A stretch of 60,496 nt of DNA, filler included, from Candidatus Woesearchaeota archaeon (GCA_046538795.1; 5 parts of 5 records of this genome joined end to end with filler, not necessarily neighbours in it), one strand, 5' to 3'; counted from the whole stretch's first letter, positions 48,987 to 59,575 are shown. The notes: generated by a model not told the origin, from the letters alone. Numbers and translations: made by a program.

Positions 48987-49086
48987 NNNNNNNNNNNNNN
49001 NNNNNNNNNNNNNNNNNNNNNNNNNNNNNNTTAATTAATTAANNNNNNNNNNNNNNNNNNNNNNNNNNNNNNNNNNNNNNNNNNNN
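48987..49086. other. Artificial contig linker
   Basis: N-TTAATTAATTAA-N. Confidence 0.99.
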
Positions 49087-49629
49087 TTAAGATTATTCGC
49101 TAAATCCCAAGCTAAAGGATAGTATTTGTTTTTAATATATATGTTTTTAATTAAAATGACTAGTTTAGCATTTTTTTTAAGAGACTTTTTGATTTCTAGA
49201 AAAATTTTTATTAAATTTTTTAAATATATTTTGTAATTTCTTTGTTTTGAAAGATCTTTTTTATTTCTATCTAAATTAGTCTCTGTTAGATAAAAAGGTG
49301 GTGATGTAATACATAAATCAATTTTTGGAAGATTTATGTTATCTATTTTTAAAATGTTCTCGCAAATGATATTTAGAATTTTATTTTTACTATAATTAAC
49401 TTTATTTTTATTTATTTCAATACCCACTGTCTCTCGACCTAATTTTTTTGCTTCAATAAGAAATGTGCCAAATCCGCAAAAAGGATCCAATACAACATTT
49501 TTTTTTTGAAAAAGTATTTATCAATCTTTTAGCAGTTTCATTAGGAGTACTAATTCTTAAGGGATCATATTTAACAGGTACTCCGGAAAAATCATTTTTA
49601 TTTTTAAACCATGATAAATCAAGCTTCAT
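49087..49629 (-). pseudogene. SAM-dependent amino-methyltransferase (N4C/N6A or Trm11-like), frameshifted at an A10 run and truncated by the contig end
   Basis: LDPFCGFGT (motif I), ITSPPFY (motif IV); the ATG at 49629 is out of frame with the motifs across the run at 49498-49507. Confidence 0.75.
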
Positions 49630-50723
49630 TCTTTGGTCCCATAAACAATTTTTTTAGCGATTAATCTATTTTTCTTAACTTTTTCTTGATGTTCTCTTAA
49701 AAAATCTGTAAGGAAGTCAATACAAATTTTTTTAAGTTCTCCTGTTAACAGTTCTCCACTATTGTATTTTGTATAAACTTCTTTTACAAAATCATCATTT
49801 GGATGGTGGTAAAATAATATCTCATACGCTTTATCTTTTTCAGGTATGCCGCCTAATTTTTTATGGAGTTCCACAGTTTCTCTCCCTCCAGAAAAAGCTT
49901 TATTGATTTTTTTTCGCATATTTTCAATTGAATCATCTAAAAAAATAGCAGTATCAGGAATTGATGCACTCATCTTACTTCCTTCTTGTAATCCTGATTG
50001 ATGCAAAAAATAAAAAAAGGATGGTAATTTTAGATTGTAAGACAGTCTTCTTGCTAAATCTCTGCAAGCTCTTGCGTGAGGATCTTGTTCAACGCCAACT
50101 CCTGTAATCGTAGGTGTTGGTCCAAAATATTCTTTCAATTGTAAATGTAGGATATCTGAATATTGTAATAAATTTGCAGAAATTTTTCCAAGATTCATAT
50201 GCCCATATATTGCCTTAAAAGAGTTTTCAGTTATTTTTTTTGAAAGTTCAAAAGCAAACTCATAATATCTTGACTCTTTTCTACTTTGAACATATATTTC
50301 TTCTTTGGAGATTCCTAATGCTAACAGATGTGCTATTAAATTAGTAGCATTTTCTTTTGCTACCTCTAAACTAGAAACTTTTGTATCGGGTCGTGAAACG
50401 TAAGCATCTATATCTGAAACAACAAAAAAACTTTTTGCACCTAGTGATTTGAATAATAAGAATGCGTCTATGTCTACTTTATGACCAAGATGTAATGGAC
50501 CTGACGAAGCAATTCCTGTAAGTTGAATAAAATCCTTTTTATCATTTATGTGTTTTTTAATTATCTCAAAATCACGATGAGCTATGATAATATTTCTGGT
50601 AAAAAGATAGTGTTTAGAAGGAATTTCTGATTTTTTAAACCTTTTTAAACCAAATTGTTTGATTAACTTATCATCTATTTTAACTTCTTTTGATCCCCAA
50701 GGATCTATTTCTTTGTTTGACAT
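49626..50723 (-). CDS. trpS: Second tryptophanyl-tRNA ligase (divergent paralogue)
   Basis: IDPWG, IAHRD, TGIASSGPLHLGH, EQDPH, KMSAS, AFSGG. Confidence 0.88.
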   Translation of the reverse strand: MSNKEIDPWGSKEVKIDDKLIKQFGLKRFKKSEIPSKHYLFTRNIIIAHRDFEIIKKHINDKKDFIQLTGIASSGPLHLGHKVDIDAFLLFKSLGAKSFFVVSDIDAYVSRPDTKVSSLEVAKENATNLIAHLLALGISKEEIYVQSRKESRYYEFAFELSKKITENSFKAIYGHMNLGKISANLLQYSDILHLQLKEYFGPTPTITGVGVEQDPHARACRDLARRLSYNLKLPSFFYFLHQSGLQEGSKMSASIPDTAIFLDDSIENMRKKINKAFSGGRETVELHKKLGGIPEKDKAYEILFYHHPNDDFVKEVYTKYNSGELLTGELKKICIDFLTDFLREHQEKVKKNRLIAKKIVYGTKE

Positions 50724-50860
50724 AAATTGATAAAATTATTTTAAGTTTATAAATCTGTTTAATAATTATTAATCCTGTTTTTTACAAACTAAAAGGCGAC
50801 TGTTGTTAGTGGATTTTCTCTTGATTTTTGCTTTTTAAAAAAATAATAAAATAAAAAATT

Positions 50861-52273
50861 CTAATACCTGTAATGTTCTGGTTTGTATGGACCTTCTACT
50901 GGAACACCAATATAATCTGCCTGCTTTTGAGTGAGTTTTGTAAGCCTCACACCCAACTTGTCAATATGTAATCTTGCAACCTCTTCGTCAAGCTTCTTTG
51001 GAAGTCTATAAACCTTGTTCTCAAGATCGTTTTGCCAAAGTTCAAGCTGTGCTAAAGTCTGGTTTGTAAATGATATGCTCATAACAAAACTTGGATGTCC
51101 TGTTGCACATCCTAAATTTACAAGCCTTCCTTCTGCAAGAAGTATTATTGAATGTCCATCAGGGAATACAAATTGATCTACCTGAGGCTTTATGTTGATG
51201 TGCTTTATGCCCTTATAATTTTTTAGCTTGTCAACCTGTATCTCATTGTCAAAATGTCCTATGTTGCAGACTATTGCTTCATCTTTCATCTTTTCCATGT
51301 GTTCAACAGTAATTATGTCTGTATTTCCTGTTGTAGTTACATATATATCGGCAAGAGGAAGAGCATCTTCCATTGTAACAACTTTGTAGCCTTCCATTGT
51401 TGCCTGAAGTGCATTTATTGGATCTATTTCTGAAACAAGAATCCTGCATCCAAGGCTTTTTAAGCTTTGTACTGATCCTTTTCCAACATCTCCATAGCCG
51501 CAGATCATCGCTGTCTTTCCTGCTACCATGACATCAGTTGCGCGTTTTATTCCGTCAAGAAGTGATTCCCTGCACCCGTATAGATTGTCGAATTTTGATT
51601 TTGTGACAGAGTCATTTACATTTATTGCAGGAAATTGCAGTGAACTATCCTTTTCCATCTGGTAAAGCCTGTGAACGCCTGTTGTTGTTTCTTCAGAAAC
51701 ACCTCTTATCTTTTCAGCCATCCTTGTCCATTTGCTTTTGTCAACAGAATATGATTCCTTAAGCCTTGCCATGAGTTCTCTTAGATCTTCAGATTCTTTT
51801 GAATAATCTTTTTCAAGAAGTGATGGATTTTCTTCTGCATCTTTTCCCTTGTGAACCATAAGGGTAGCATCTCCGCCATCATCAACAATCAAGTCAGGAC
51901 CTGAACCGTCAGGAAATGTGAGTGCTTTTTCTGTACACCACCAGTAATCCTTGAGGGTTTCTCCTTTCCATGCATAGACAGGAACACCAGCTTCTGCAAT
52001 TGCTGCTGCTGCATGATCCTGTGTTGAGAATATGTTGCATGACGCCCACCTTACATCTGCGCCAAGTTCAACTAATGTCTCGATAAGAACAGCTGTCTGG
52101 ATCGTCATATGCAGTGATCCTGATATCTTTGCTCCCTTAAGAGGTTTTGACGTGCCATATTTTGATCTTAAAGCCATGAGGCCTGGCATCTCTTTTTCAG
52201 CCAGATTGATTTCTTTTCGTCCGAATTCAGCAAGAGAAATATCTTTTACCTTGTAATTTTCAGTTTCATCCAT
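50861..52273 (-). CDS. ahcY: Adenosylhomocysteinase
   Basis: [41 protein letters not shown]. Confidence 0.97.
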   Translation of the reverse strand: MDETENYKVKDISLAEFGRKEINLAEKEMPGLMALRSKYGTSKPLKGAKISGSLHMTIQTAVLIETLVELGADVRWASCNIFSTQDHAAAAIAEAGVPVYAWKGETLKDYWWCTEKALTFPDGSGPDLIVDDGGDATLMVHKGKDAEENPSLLEKDYSKESEDLRELMARLKESYSVDKSKWTRMAEKIRGVSEETTTGVHRLYQMEKDSSLQFPAINVNDSVTKSKFDNLYGCRESLLDGIKRATDVMVAGKTAMICGYGDVGKGSVQSLKSLGCRILVSEIDPINALQATMEGYKVVTMEDALPLADIYVTTTGNTDIITVEHMEKMKDEAIVCNIGHFDNEIQVDKLKNYKGIKHINIKPQVDQFVFPDGHSIILLAEGRLVNLGCATGHPSFVMSISFTNQTLAQLELWQNDLENKVYRLPKKLDEEVARLHIDKLGVRLTKLTQKQADYIGVPVEGPYKPEHYRY

Positions 52274-52365
52274 GAATGACCCCTCCTGTAATTATTAGAT
52301 TTTAGTTAAGAAAAAGGATGAGAGATACTTTATATATTTAATTGTTAGGATAGATTAAAGGTTGT

Positions 52366-52734
52366 TTACTTAATAAATCTTACAAAAGGTCTTCCTTTGA
52401 ATTCTTTGTCTCCAGTTACAAAATCAATCTTATTTTCAAAGGCATACATATATCCAACAGCATCAAAAAATGAAATATTTTTTTTCTTGTTTTCATGCTT
52501 GAATTCAATTGCCTTGATCAGTGTTTCCATTTTTACAGAAACAGCGTAAGGATTAAATTTTTTATACCAGAACTGGGCAGTAGCCTTATTTTGATTCCTT
52601 AACATAACCTGATATAACTCTGCAAGTGTTATTTCTGTCAAAAGAAAATTCTCTGAGATAATACCGGTTAGTTCGGGATTTTGCTGAAATATTTCAAAAA
52701 TTGCATATGTATCAAGGCAGATCATCTTACTCAT
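52366..52734 (-). CDS. vapC: VapC/PIN toxin
   Basis: CLDTYA, TLAE, SFFDA, VTGDKEF. Confidence 0.88.
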   Translation of the reverse strand: MSKMICLDTYAIFEIFQQNPELTGIISENFLLTEITLAELYQVMLRNQNKATAQFWYKKFNPYAVSVKMETLIKAIEFKHENKKKNISFFDAVGYMYAFENKIDFVTGDKEFKGRPFVRFIK

Positions 52735-52948
52735 ACTTACTCTTGTTTTCCTCTCTTATTTCTTTAAGTAGTTCTCTTGTTGGTTTTGAGAACTTTACTG
52801 CACCGAATGCTTCTTTCAACACATTATTTTTTTTCTTGATTTCAATCATGATCTCATCGCCTTCCTTAAGATTGTTTTTCCTTACTGTTTCTGATGATAT
52901 AATTATACCCATTGAATTACCCCATTTTTTTAGCTTACATTTAATCAT
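52727..52948 (-). CDS. AbrB/MazE-type antitoxin
   Basis: KKWGNSMGIII...LKEGDEI. Confidence 0.9.
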   Translation of the reverse strand: MIKCKLKKWGNSMGIIISSETVRKNNLKEGDEIMIEIKKKNNVLKEAFGAVKFSKPTRELLKEIREENKSKYE

Positions 52949-53138
52949 ATTTACACCTAAATGTATAACTTAGATGTATAATTTTTTATAAATTTTTTGT
53001 TGTTATATGGTGTTTTTATTTTTTAATAAGTTTTACTTACACTTTTCCGGAATATTTTCGAAAAGACTATGCTGGTTCCACATCTTTCCCAAAACTTATA
53101 AAAAGAATTGTGTATTATCTTACAAAAAGGTGAAGTTC

Positions 53139-54209
53139 ATGGATATTGAAGAGAAGATCAAACTTGTAAAAGAAGTCGGTGAAGAAATTATTGATGATTC
53201 AGAATTAAAAGATGTACTTTCTAAAAAAAATCTTATTGCTTATGACGGTTTTGAGCCTTCAGGAAGGATCCATATTGCGCAGGGTATTATGCGTTCTATA
53301 AATGTCAATAAGATGACTAAAGCAGGTGTTAAGTTTAAGATGCTTGTTGCTGACTGGCATGCGCTTGCAAACGATAAGTTTGGCGGAGACATGGACAAGA
53401 TAAGAAAATGCGGTAAATATTTTATCGAGGTCTGGAAGGCGTGTGGAATGGATCTTGAGAATGTTGAGTTTGTCTGGGGAACAGATCTTATCAATGATGA
53501 GGATTACTGGCTTAAGGTTATGAACATAGCAAGAGCAAACACTATAAAAAGAATGACACGATGCGCGCAGATTATGGGACGAAGTGAATCAGATGCTCTT
53601 TCTGCAGCACAGATATTCTATCCTGCAATGCAGTGCGCTGACATATTCCATCTTGATGCAGATATATGCCAGTTAGGACTTGACCAGAGAAAAGTAAATG
53701 TCCTTGCAAGAGAGGTTGCACCAAAACTTGGATTCAAGAAGCCGATAGTTGTTTCGCATCACATGCTAATGGGGCTTACTGAACCAGATCATGATGCAAC
53801 AGGAACTGATGCAGCTATCGCTAAAAAGATGTCTAAATCAAACCCTGATTCCGCAATATTCATGACAGATTCAGAAGAAGATGTAAACAGAAAGATCAAG
53901 AAAGCATATTGTCCTGAAAAGCAAGTTAAAGATAATCCTATACTTGAATATTGTGAATACATGATATTTGAAAGATTTGATAAAGTACTTGTAGAACGTC
54001 CTGAAAAGTTCGGTGGAAATCTTGAATTTAATTCTTATAAAGAACTTGAGACGAGTTTTGAATCAGGAAGCCTACATCCGTTGGATCTTAAGAACACTGT
54101 ATCTAAATATATTATTGAAATGATCAAGCCTGTCAATGAGTATTTTGAAAAGAATAAGGACGCAAAAAAACTTAAAGAAGAGGTTGAAAGCTTCAGTGTT
54201 ACAAGATAA
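53139..54209 (+). CDS. tyrS: Tyrosyl-tRNA ligase (archaeal type)
   Basis: YDGFEPSGRIHIAQG, YPAMQCAD, GLDQRK, KMSKS; start after a GGTGA RBS. Confidence 0.96.
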   Translation: MDIEEKIKLVKEVGEEIIDDSELKDVLSKKNLIAYDGFEPSGRIHIAQGIMRSINVNKMTKAGVKFKMLVADWHALANDKFGGDMDKIRKCGKYFIEVWKACGMDLENVEFVWGTDLINDEDYWLKVMNIARANTIKRMTRCAQIMGRSESDALSAAQIFYPAMQCADIFHLDADICQLGLDQRKVNVLAREVAPKLGFKKPIVVSHHMLMGLTEPDHDATGTDAAIAKKMSKSNPDSAIFMTDSEEDVNRKIKKAYCPEKQVKDNPILEYCEYMIFERFDKVLVERPEKFGGNLEFNSYKELETSFESGSLHPLDLKNTVSKYIIEMIKPVNEYFEKNKDAKKLKEEVESFSVTR

Positions 54210-54256
54210 GGATTGTTTTAGATCAGGGGAATTTTTAACAAAATAGCTTAAGCTTC

Positions 54257-54889
54257 TCAGAGTTTCCCGGAATTAGCATCTGATCTTTGTTTCATGTGGT
54301 TAAGAAGCTCAAAATCTATTTTTTGCCTTTTCATTATATAATCAATAGGATTTTTAGAGACATTTTCAACATCTTCCCAATCTACTATGCATGGGCTTTT
54401 TCCCAATATAAGTACATTATGCGTGAAATCCTGAGGCATGACATAACCTGCAGAATGTACTTTGTATATAATTTCTTCAAGTTCATCAAAAAATCTAGCT
54501 GACATTGAGCCCTTTTCATAATCATACTGTTTGATATCTGGCAAATATTGTCTCATGAAAGCTCCACCATAATTTAAGCTGTGTCCTTCTTTTTCTTTGA
54601 TATCGCTAAGATCCAGCCCTGTTTTTTCAAGATACAAATTTTCAAGTTTTCCTTTAAACCCCTGTATAAACCCTATTGGTCTTGGAACTCCTTTTATATC
54701 TTTGATCGAGCTTATGGAACTTAGATTTTCATACTCTTTTTTAGCTATTTTTTCGAGAAAGTCAGGTGATTCAGTGCCATATATCAGCTTTAGAGCTACA
54801 TCCTGAGATGAATCATCATGATAATATCTTGCTTTAAAGACGATCCCACAGTTTCCATGTCCGAGATAATCACATATTTCCAGGCTCAT
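54257..54889 (-). CDS. Protein kinase-like fold protein
   Basis: LGHGNCGIVF, VALK, KKEY, QD...NV, VDW. Confidence 0.7.
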   Translation of the reverse strand: MSLEICDYLGHGNCGIVFKARYYHDDSSQDVALKLIYGTESPDFLEKIAKKEYENLSSISSIKDIKGVPRPIGFIQGFKGKLENLYLEKTGLDLSDIKEKEGHSLNYGGAFMRQYLPDIKQYDYEKGSMSARFFDELEEIIYKVHSAGYVMPQDFTHNVLILGKSPCIVDWEDVENVSKNPIDYIMKRQKIDFELLNHMKQRSDANSGKL

Positions 54890-55092
54890 CTTTCAGACAA
54901 TTGATGAAGTTTTTATAAAATTTGCGCAATTTTTATTGAAAATTTCGCATAAACTTTTTTGTGGGGTTTGCCCTGAAAGGGTACTCTTCGAGCAGGTTGG
55001 GGGTATAGCCATCGGTTTGAGTTATATCTTATACGCAAATATCTTGCTTTACAACAAAATCTTTTTAAACAAAGAACATAATTATTACATTT

Positions 55093-57204
55093 ATGTCTTA
55101 TTTCAATAATTTTGATCGACAGTATGGTCATCCTTTAGGGAATTATTATGAGAACAGTGAGTCTTCTAAAGTAGATAATATGCTTGATCAGCCAATTGAA
55201 TCTACAGGAATTACTATAAAAGAAATGGGTGCAAGTGCAAACCCTTTTGAGCACCAGACAAAAGCCCTTATGGCAAGGATAAAAGAAGGAGCATCTCGTG
55301 TTGAGTTTTCTTTTATGGGACAAGGAAAAGGAAACAAGCAGTCTTTTACTCCTGAAACATTTGGTAATGTAGAACGTCAGGAAATGAGAGATCTTGCAAG
55401 GATTAATGAAGTTGAAACAAGCACGCATGCATCGCCAAACGTGGGTCCTTTATCTGGATTAGGACAACAGGGTTTTAATGATGAGCAGAGAAAGACTGTT
55501 ATAACTGAGATCAAAAAAGCTATTGATTTTGCAGCTGAAGCTACAACTGGCGGAGCAATAGTTTTTCACACAGGTGAATGGCAAAGATCAATAGAAGAAG
55601 AACGGTTTGGTGGAAATTTCAGGAAATTTAATACAACAGATGTGTACAAGAAACGTGAAGAGGACGGAATTCAAAAATGGGATAAGATTGATCCAAGAGA
55701 AGCAGACAAACTCAGTCAAAAAGACTGGAATTCAGGCATGTACAGACATGGCTCTGAACAGGATTCAATGCCTTACATGCTTGCAGATGCTGACACAGGA
55801 AAAGTTCAGGCAATAAGCCGTGACATGAAATTTTTTATGCCGGAAATTGATGCTAAAGCCACCGAAGAACTAAACAAGGGAAAACCTAAACAAGATCATA
55901 TTGACATATACAAAATAGAGGAAAGCGGTCCTGATAAGGGACAGGTGAAGGTTAAGGAATATACTTTTGATGATGTTTATGATGAGATAAGACGACGCAT
56001 GATGTCTGAAGGGCGTGAAGATGAAATAAGGGGGAAATCTAAAGGAGAGATTGTTCTAAGAGCATATCTTGATAAGGAAATCTCTCAGGCAAAGGGAGAT
56101 GCTCTTAGATGGTCTTATGGTGTTCCTGAAGAAAGAAAGTTTTACGAGAATCTTGTAAACATTGAATCTGTATTCAAGGAAAAACTTGATGAAGTGAGTA
56201 AAAATCCACAGTATCAGGGTCTTGACCAAAGCAATAAGATAAACGCAGCAAGAGCAGAAATGGACAGAGAATTAAGACAATTCATAAAATCTGATGGTAC
56301 TGTTGATAATGAAGAGCTCGATGGGATGAAAGAACGTCTTTTATCACAGATAAGAAGCGGTCAGTCAACAGGTTCAGCTTTAATGCAGCGTGCTGCAGAA
56401 TACCAAAAGCAGCTTAAGAACATGAGACCTATTGAGGAAGTTGGTCTAAAAAGGACAAGCGACACAATTGCAGAAGCTGCTGTTCATGCAATGGAGATGA
56501 ACAAGAAACACAGGAAAAATCTTAATCATGATCTTTATGTTGCTCCTGAAAGCTATGATACAAATCTTTACGGAGGACATCCTGATGAGATAAGGAATAT
56601 AATTGATAAGTCAAGAGAGGCATTTGTGCAGAAACTTATCAATAATAACAGGTATTCAAAAAAAGAGGCAGAAGAACTTGCTAAAAAGCATATCAAGGGA
56701 ACTCTTGATATTGGGCATCTTAACATGTGGAAGCAATATTTTGTAAAAAAAGACAATGAAACAAGAGAACAACATGACAAGAGATTCAACAACTGGATTC
56801 TTGATGAGACAGAGAAACTTGCAAAAGATGGCTACATAGGACATGCGCACGTTTCTGATAATTTTGGTTATGATGATGAGCATCTTGTTCCAGGTGAAGG
56901 AAATGCTCCTGTTGCTGAATTTATTCGAAGAATGAAAGGTGCTGGAATAAATGAATTCATACAGGAACCAGGAAGCTTCAATTATGAATATGCCTTAAGG
57001 CAGACCTGGAGAAATATGGGTATTGATATAGGAGGAGAATACAGGCCTATGGGACGAGAACGCGCTGTTCCAGGACGGGTTGATAAGTTTCTTAATTCTT
57101 ATTTTGGGCATACTGCAAAGCCTTCATATGTTTTCGGAAAATATAAGCCTAACACTTCAAACAATGACAAATCATGGACTCCGTGGTCAGGGACTCCTTT
57201 ATAG
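55093..57204 (+). CDS. Xylose-isomerase/AP-endonuclease-2 TIM-barrel protein with a large helical insertion
   Basis: STHA, VFH, APE, TLDIGH, HAHVSDNFGYDDEHLVPGEGN. Confidence 0.8.
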   Translation: MSYFNNFDRQYGHPLGNYYENSESSKVDNMLDQPIESTGITIKEMGASANPFEHQTKALMARIKEGASRVEFSFMGQGKGNKQSFTPETFGNVERQEMRDLARINEVETSTHASPNVGPLSGLGQQGFNDEQRKTVITEIKKAIDFAAEATTGGAIVFHTGEWQRSIEEERFGGNFRKFNTTDVYKKREEDGIQKWDKIDPREADKLSQKDWNSGMYRHGSEQDSMPYMLADADTGKVQAISRDMKFFMPEIDAKATEELNKGKPKQDHIDIYKIEESGPDKGQVKVKEYTFDDVYDEIRRRMMSEGREDEIRGKSKGEIVLRAYLDKEISQAKGDALRWSYGVPEERKFYENLVNIESVFKEKLDEVSKNPQYQGLDQSNKINAARAEMDRELRQFIKSDGTVDNEELDGMKERLLSQIRSGQSTGSALMQRAAEYQKQLKNMRPIEEVGLKRTSDTIAEAAVHAMEMNKKHRKNLNHDLYVAPESYDTNLYGGHPDEIRNIIDKSREAFVQKLINNNRYSKKEAEELAKKHIKGTLDIGHLNMWKQYFVKKDNETREQHDKRFNNWILDETEKLAKDGYIGHAHVSDNFGYDDEHLVPGEGNAPVAEFIRRMKGAGINEFIQEPGSFNYEYALRQTWRNMGIDIGGEYRPMGRERAVPGRVDKFLNSYFGHTAKPSYVFGKYKPNTSNNDKSWTPWSGTPL

Positions 57205-57209
57205 AAATT

Positions 57210-58016
57210 TTATTTTTTTGAAAGGATTTCTTTCATATCATTGATGAATTCGTATGCTTTATGGTAATATTCATCAAATTGTTTTCCAGGCATATCTTTA
57301 ATTTCTCTGTGTAGAATCTTTTTTGATAATGTAAAGAATTCTTGTACTGTATCAATATGTTTTCTTTTTATTATCTTTTCAGGAAGAAGCTTATCCTGCA
57401 TAACTATTCCAAGCATTTCTGGTGCAGGAGGGAATTCTCCATGTCTCATGAGAACTGCCTGAGCAGAATCAATAACAGCCCAGTAAAGATCTAAAGAGGC
57501 TTGCATTATATGCCATTTGGAATTAAGAAGAGTCGATGGCGCTCTTGAAAAATATATCCAGACTGATTCAGGTGATGGTTTTATCCGTCCTTCTTTTAAA
57601 AGCAGTTGATTTGTCTTGAAAAATCCTGTATCAATTATTGCAACTCCTTCTCTTAATATATTAAGACCGACTGAATCTCCTACTCTGATATATTCCCAGA
57701 ATGTCGTGTATTTCAGGCTTGTTATGTGAAGCCTTGTATCGACTTCGTTTATTATTCTTTCAACAATTATCCTGTATGTTTCTACAATTTCTGAAGTAAG
57801 CTTAATGTTTACATCATCAATTATTATTAGTATGTCTATGTCACTTTTTTCTTTATCAGGATTATTTTTTGCATAGCTTCCGAAAAGAACTACTGCGCGA
57901 ACAAAGTCCTGAAATTCCTTCTTGAGCTTTTTCGTGAATTCAAGTGCAATATCAAATTCCTCGTTAGTGTATTTTTCCTTGTTTGGCTGAGGAATCTTCT
58001 CAATATCTGCTTCCAT
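57210..58016 (-). CDS. Nucleotidyltransferase + HEPN-like fusion
   Basis: LFGSYAK...SDIDILIIIDD; C-terminal helical bundle with KKILHRE. Confidence 0.8.
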   Translation of the reverse strand: MEADIEKIPQPNKEKYTNEEFDIALEFTKKLKKEFQDFVRAVVLFGSYAKNNPDKEKSDIDILIIIDDVNIKLTSEIVETYRIIVERIINEVDTRLHITSLKYTTFWEYIRVGDSVGLNILREGVAIIDTGFFKTNQLLLKEGRIKPSPESVWIYFSRAPSTLLNSKWHIMQASLDLYWAVIDSAQAVLMRHGEFPPAPEMLGIVMQDKLLPEKIIKRKHIDTVQEFFTLSKKILHREIKDMPGKQFDEYYHKAYEFINDMKEILSKK

Positions 58017-58100
58017 AGTTACCCCTTTATAGATAAATCTAGTCTTGTGAGTTTATTAAATTTGTTTACTTTTTATGAGAAGTTACACTCATTACAAAAA

Positions 58101-58763
58101 TTACTTTTTTACTGGGATTATATAGGCATCAGTGGAAACTGTTAGTGTATTGTCATTTTTGCTTACATCTAATCCATCTCCATAGAATAGATTAAAATAA
58201 GCAGGTTGAATTTCTGCCTGAATCTTTTGCGAAGAAATATTATTTTTTCTTAGCTGATTATCTATCGAAGGATTTGTAAATATTTTTGGAATTATTATGT
58301 CTGCGTTAACTTTCTGCCCAAATTGAATAAGATAATCTAACCATGAAATTCCAATATCATAATCTGAGCCATTATTATAAAATCGTGTGCATAAAAATCC
58401 TTTGTCTGTTAAAACTGTCCTGTTTCGTCCAATATAATTTCCTTGTGAATCTTTTGCATAGATTACATTTTTATTTGAATCCATTACCTGAACAACACTT
58501 GCCTAGCCGTTCATTCCGCCATATTGTTTTACTAAACTCAAACATGAACTAAAATACTCTCCCATGTGAAGTGCTTCAAAAGGATCTGTGCTTACGTAGA
58601 ATTCAACTATTTCATCAATATTGTTTTTTCTTTTACCACTCAGGCTTTTTATTGTGTGGATATGTCCCTGAATTTCTTTTTTAATTTCAATATTTTCTTT
58701 TTCAAATTCATATTCATAAAGAAGTTCTTCTAAATCATATCTTTGTTCAGATCTACTAAACAT
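58101..58763 (-). pseudogene. One 220-codon gene with an internal TAG at 58503-58505
   Basis: ORFs 58503-58763 and 58101-58484 are in the same frame: ...GGMNG*ASVVQVMDSNKNVIY... Confidence 0.7.
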
Positions 58764-58876
58764 GCTTTTTGGGAATGTATCTTTATTTAAATGTATTATT
58801 GATTTTTGTTGTTGATTAGTTATAACTTACCTTTTCGACTAAAGATTTTTATAATGATAAGTGTTTTAATCTATAC

Positions 58877-59515
58877 ATGACAAAGGATGATCTTGAGGAA
58901 GTCATAGGAAAAAGAAGGCGTGTTGTTGAAACTGTGATGCACAAGTTTCTTGGTGTTTCAATAAAAGAACTTAATGATGATATTACATCAAGATTAGGTT
59001 ATCCTTTTGAATACATTGTTGATACTAGTATTCCTTTTAAGAAAGCAAAAAAGCTTTTCATAAAATCTTATATTGAAAAAGTTCTCAAAAAGAATCTTGG
59101 AAATATTTCTGAAGCTTCAAAAGAGGCAGGAATAAACAGAAGGACAATGCATCGCATGATAACAGAATTTGATATTGATATAGATTCGATAAGAGGATTT
59201 CTTGAGCGTCCTGATTACATGAAAAAGGATGAAGTAAATAGGATTATTGAAGGCTCTTTGAAGAAATATGATGAATACATCCATCCTTCAAAACTTGGGG
59301 AAATGTACAAGCATGTTTCAGATGTTTCAACAGACATAATCCAAATTCTTCCGGATAAATCAATGACACTTAAAGAGGCAGAAGAAAATTTTGAGAGAGC
59401 TTATCTTAAGGAGACACTTAAAGAAAATAACATGGATGAGAAGAAAGCTGCTGAAAAGATCGGCATAAGATATGAGACGCTTCACAGGAAACTGCAGGCT
59501 TTTAGAAAATCATGA
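58877..59515 (+). CDS. Protein with two Fis-type HTH domains
   Basis: F..SYIEKVL....GNISEASKEAGINRRTMHR and FERAYLKETL...AAEKIGIRYETLHRKL. Confidence 0.82.
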   Translation: MTKDDLEEVIGKRRRVVETVMHKFLGVSIKELNDDITSRLGYPFEYIVDTSIPFKKAKKLFIKSYIEKVLKKNLGNISEASKEAGINRRTMHRMITEFDIDIDSIRGFLERPDYMKKDEVNRIIEGSLKKYDEYIHPSKLGEMYKHVSDVSTDIIQILPDKSMTLKEAEENFERAYLKETLKENNMDEKKAAEKIGIRYETLHRKLQAFRKS

Positions 59516-59575
59516 TTTTTTAGATAACTCTGCAAACCAAAACATATTTAAGTCATTTCGATTTAATCATTTTCT

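Noticed and set aside
12538..49086. TTAATTAATTAA inside N runs, four times
   Set aside because: Synthetic all-frame-stop contig linker. ORFs running into it and gene adjacency across it are artefacts.
58503..58505. Genome-wide TAG recoding
   Set aside because: Conserved genes such as rpoA', L30e and ahcY end in TAG at the expected positions.
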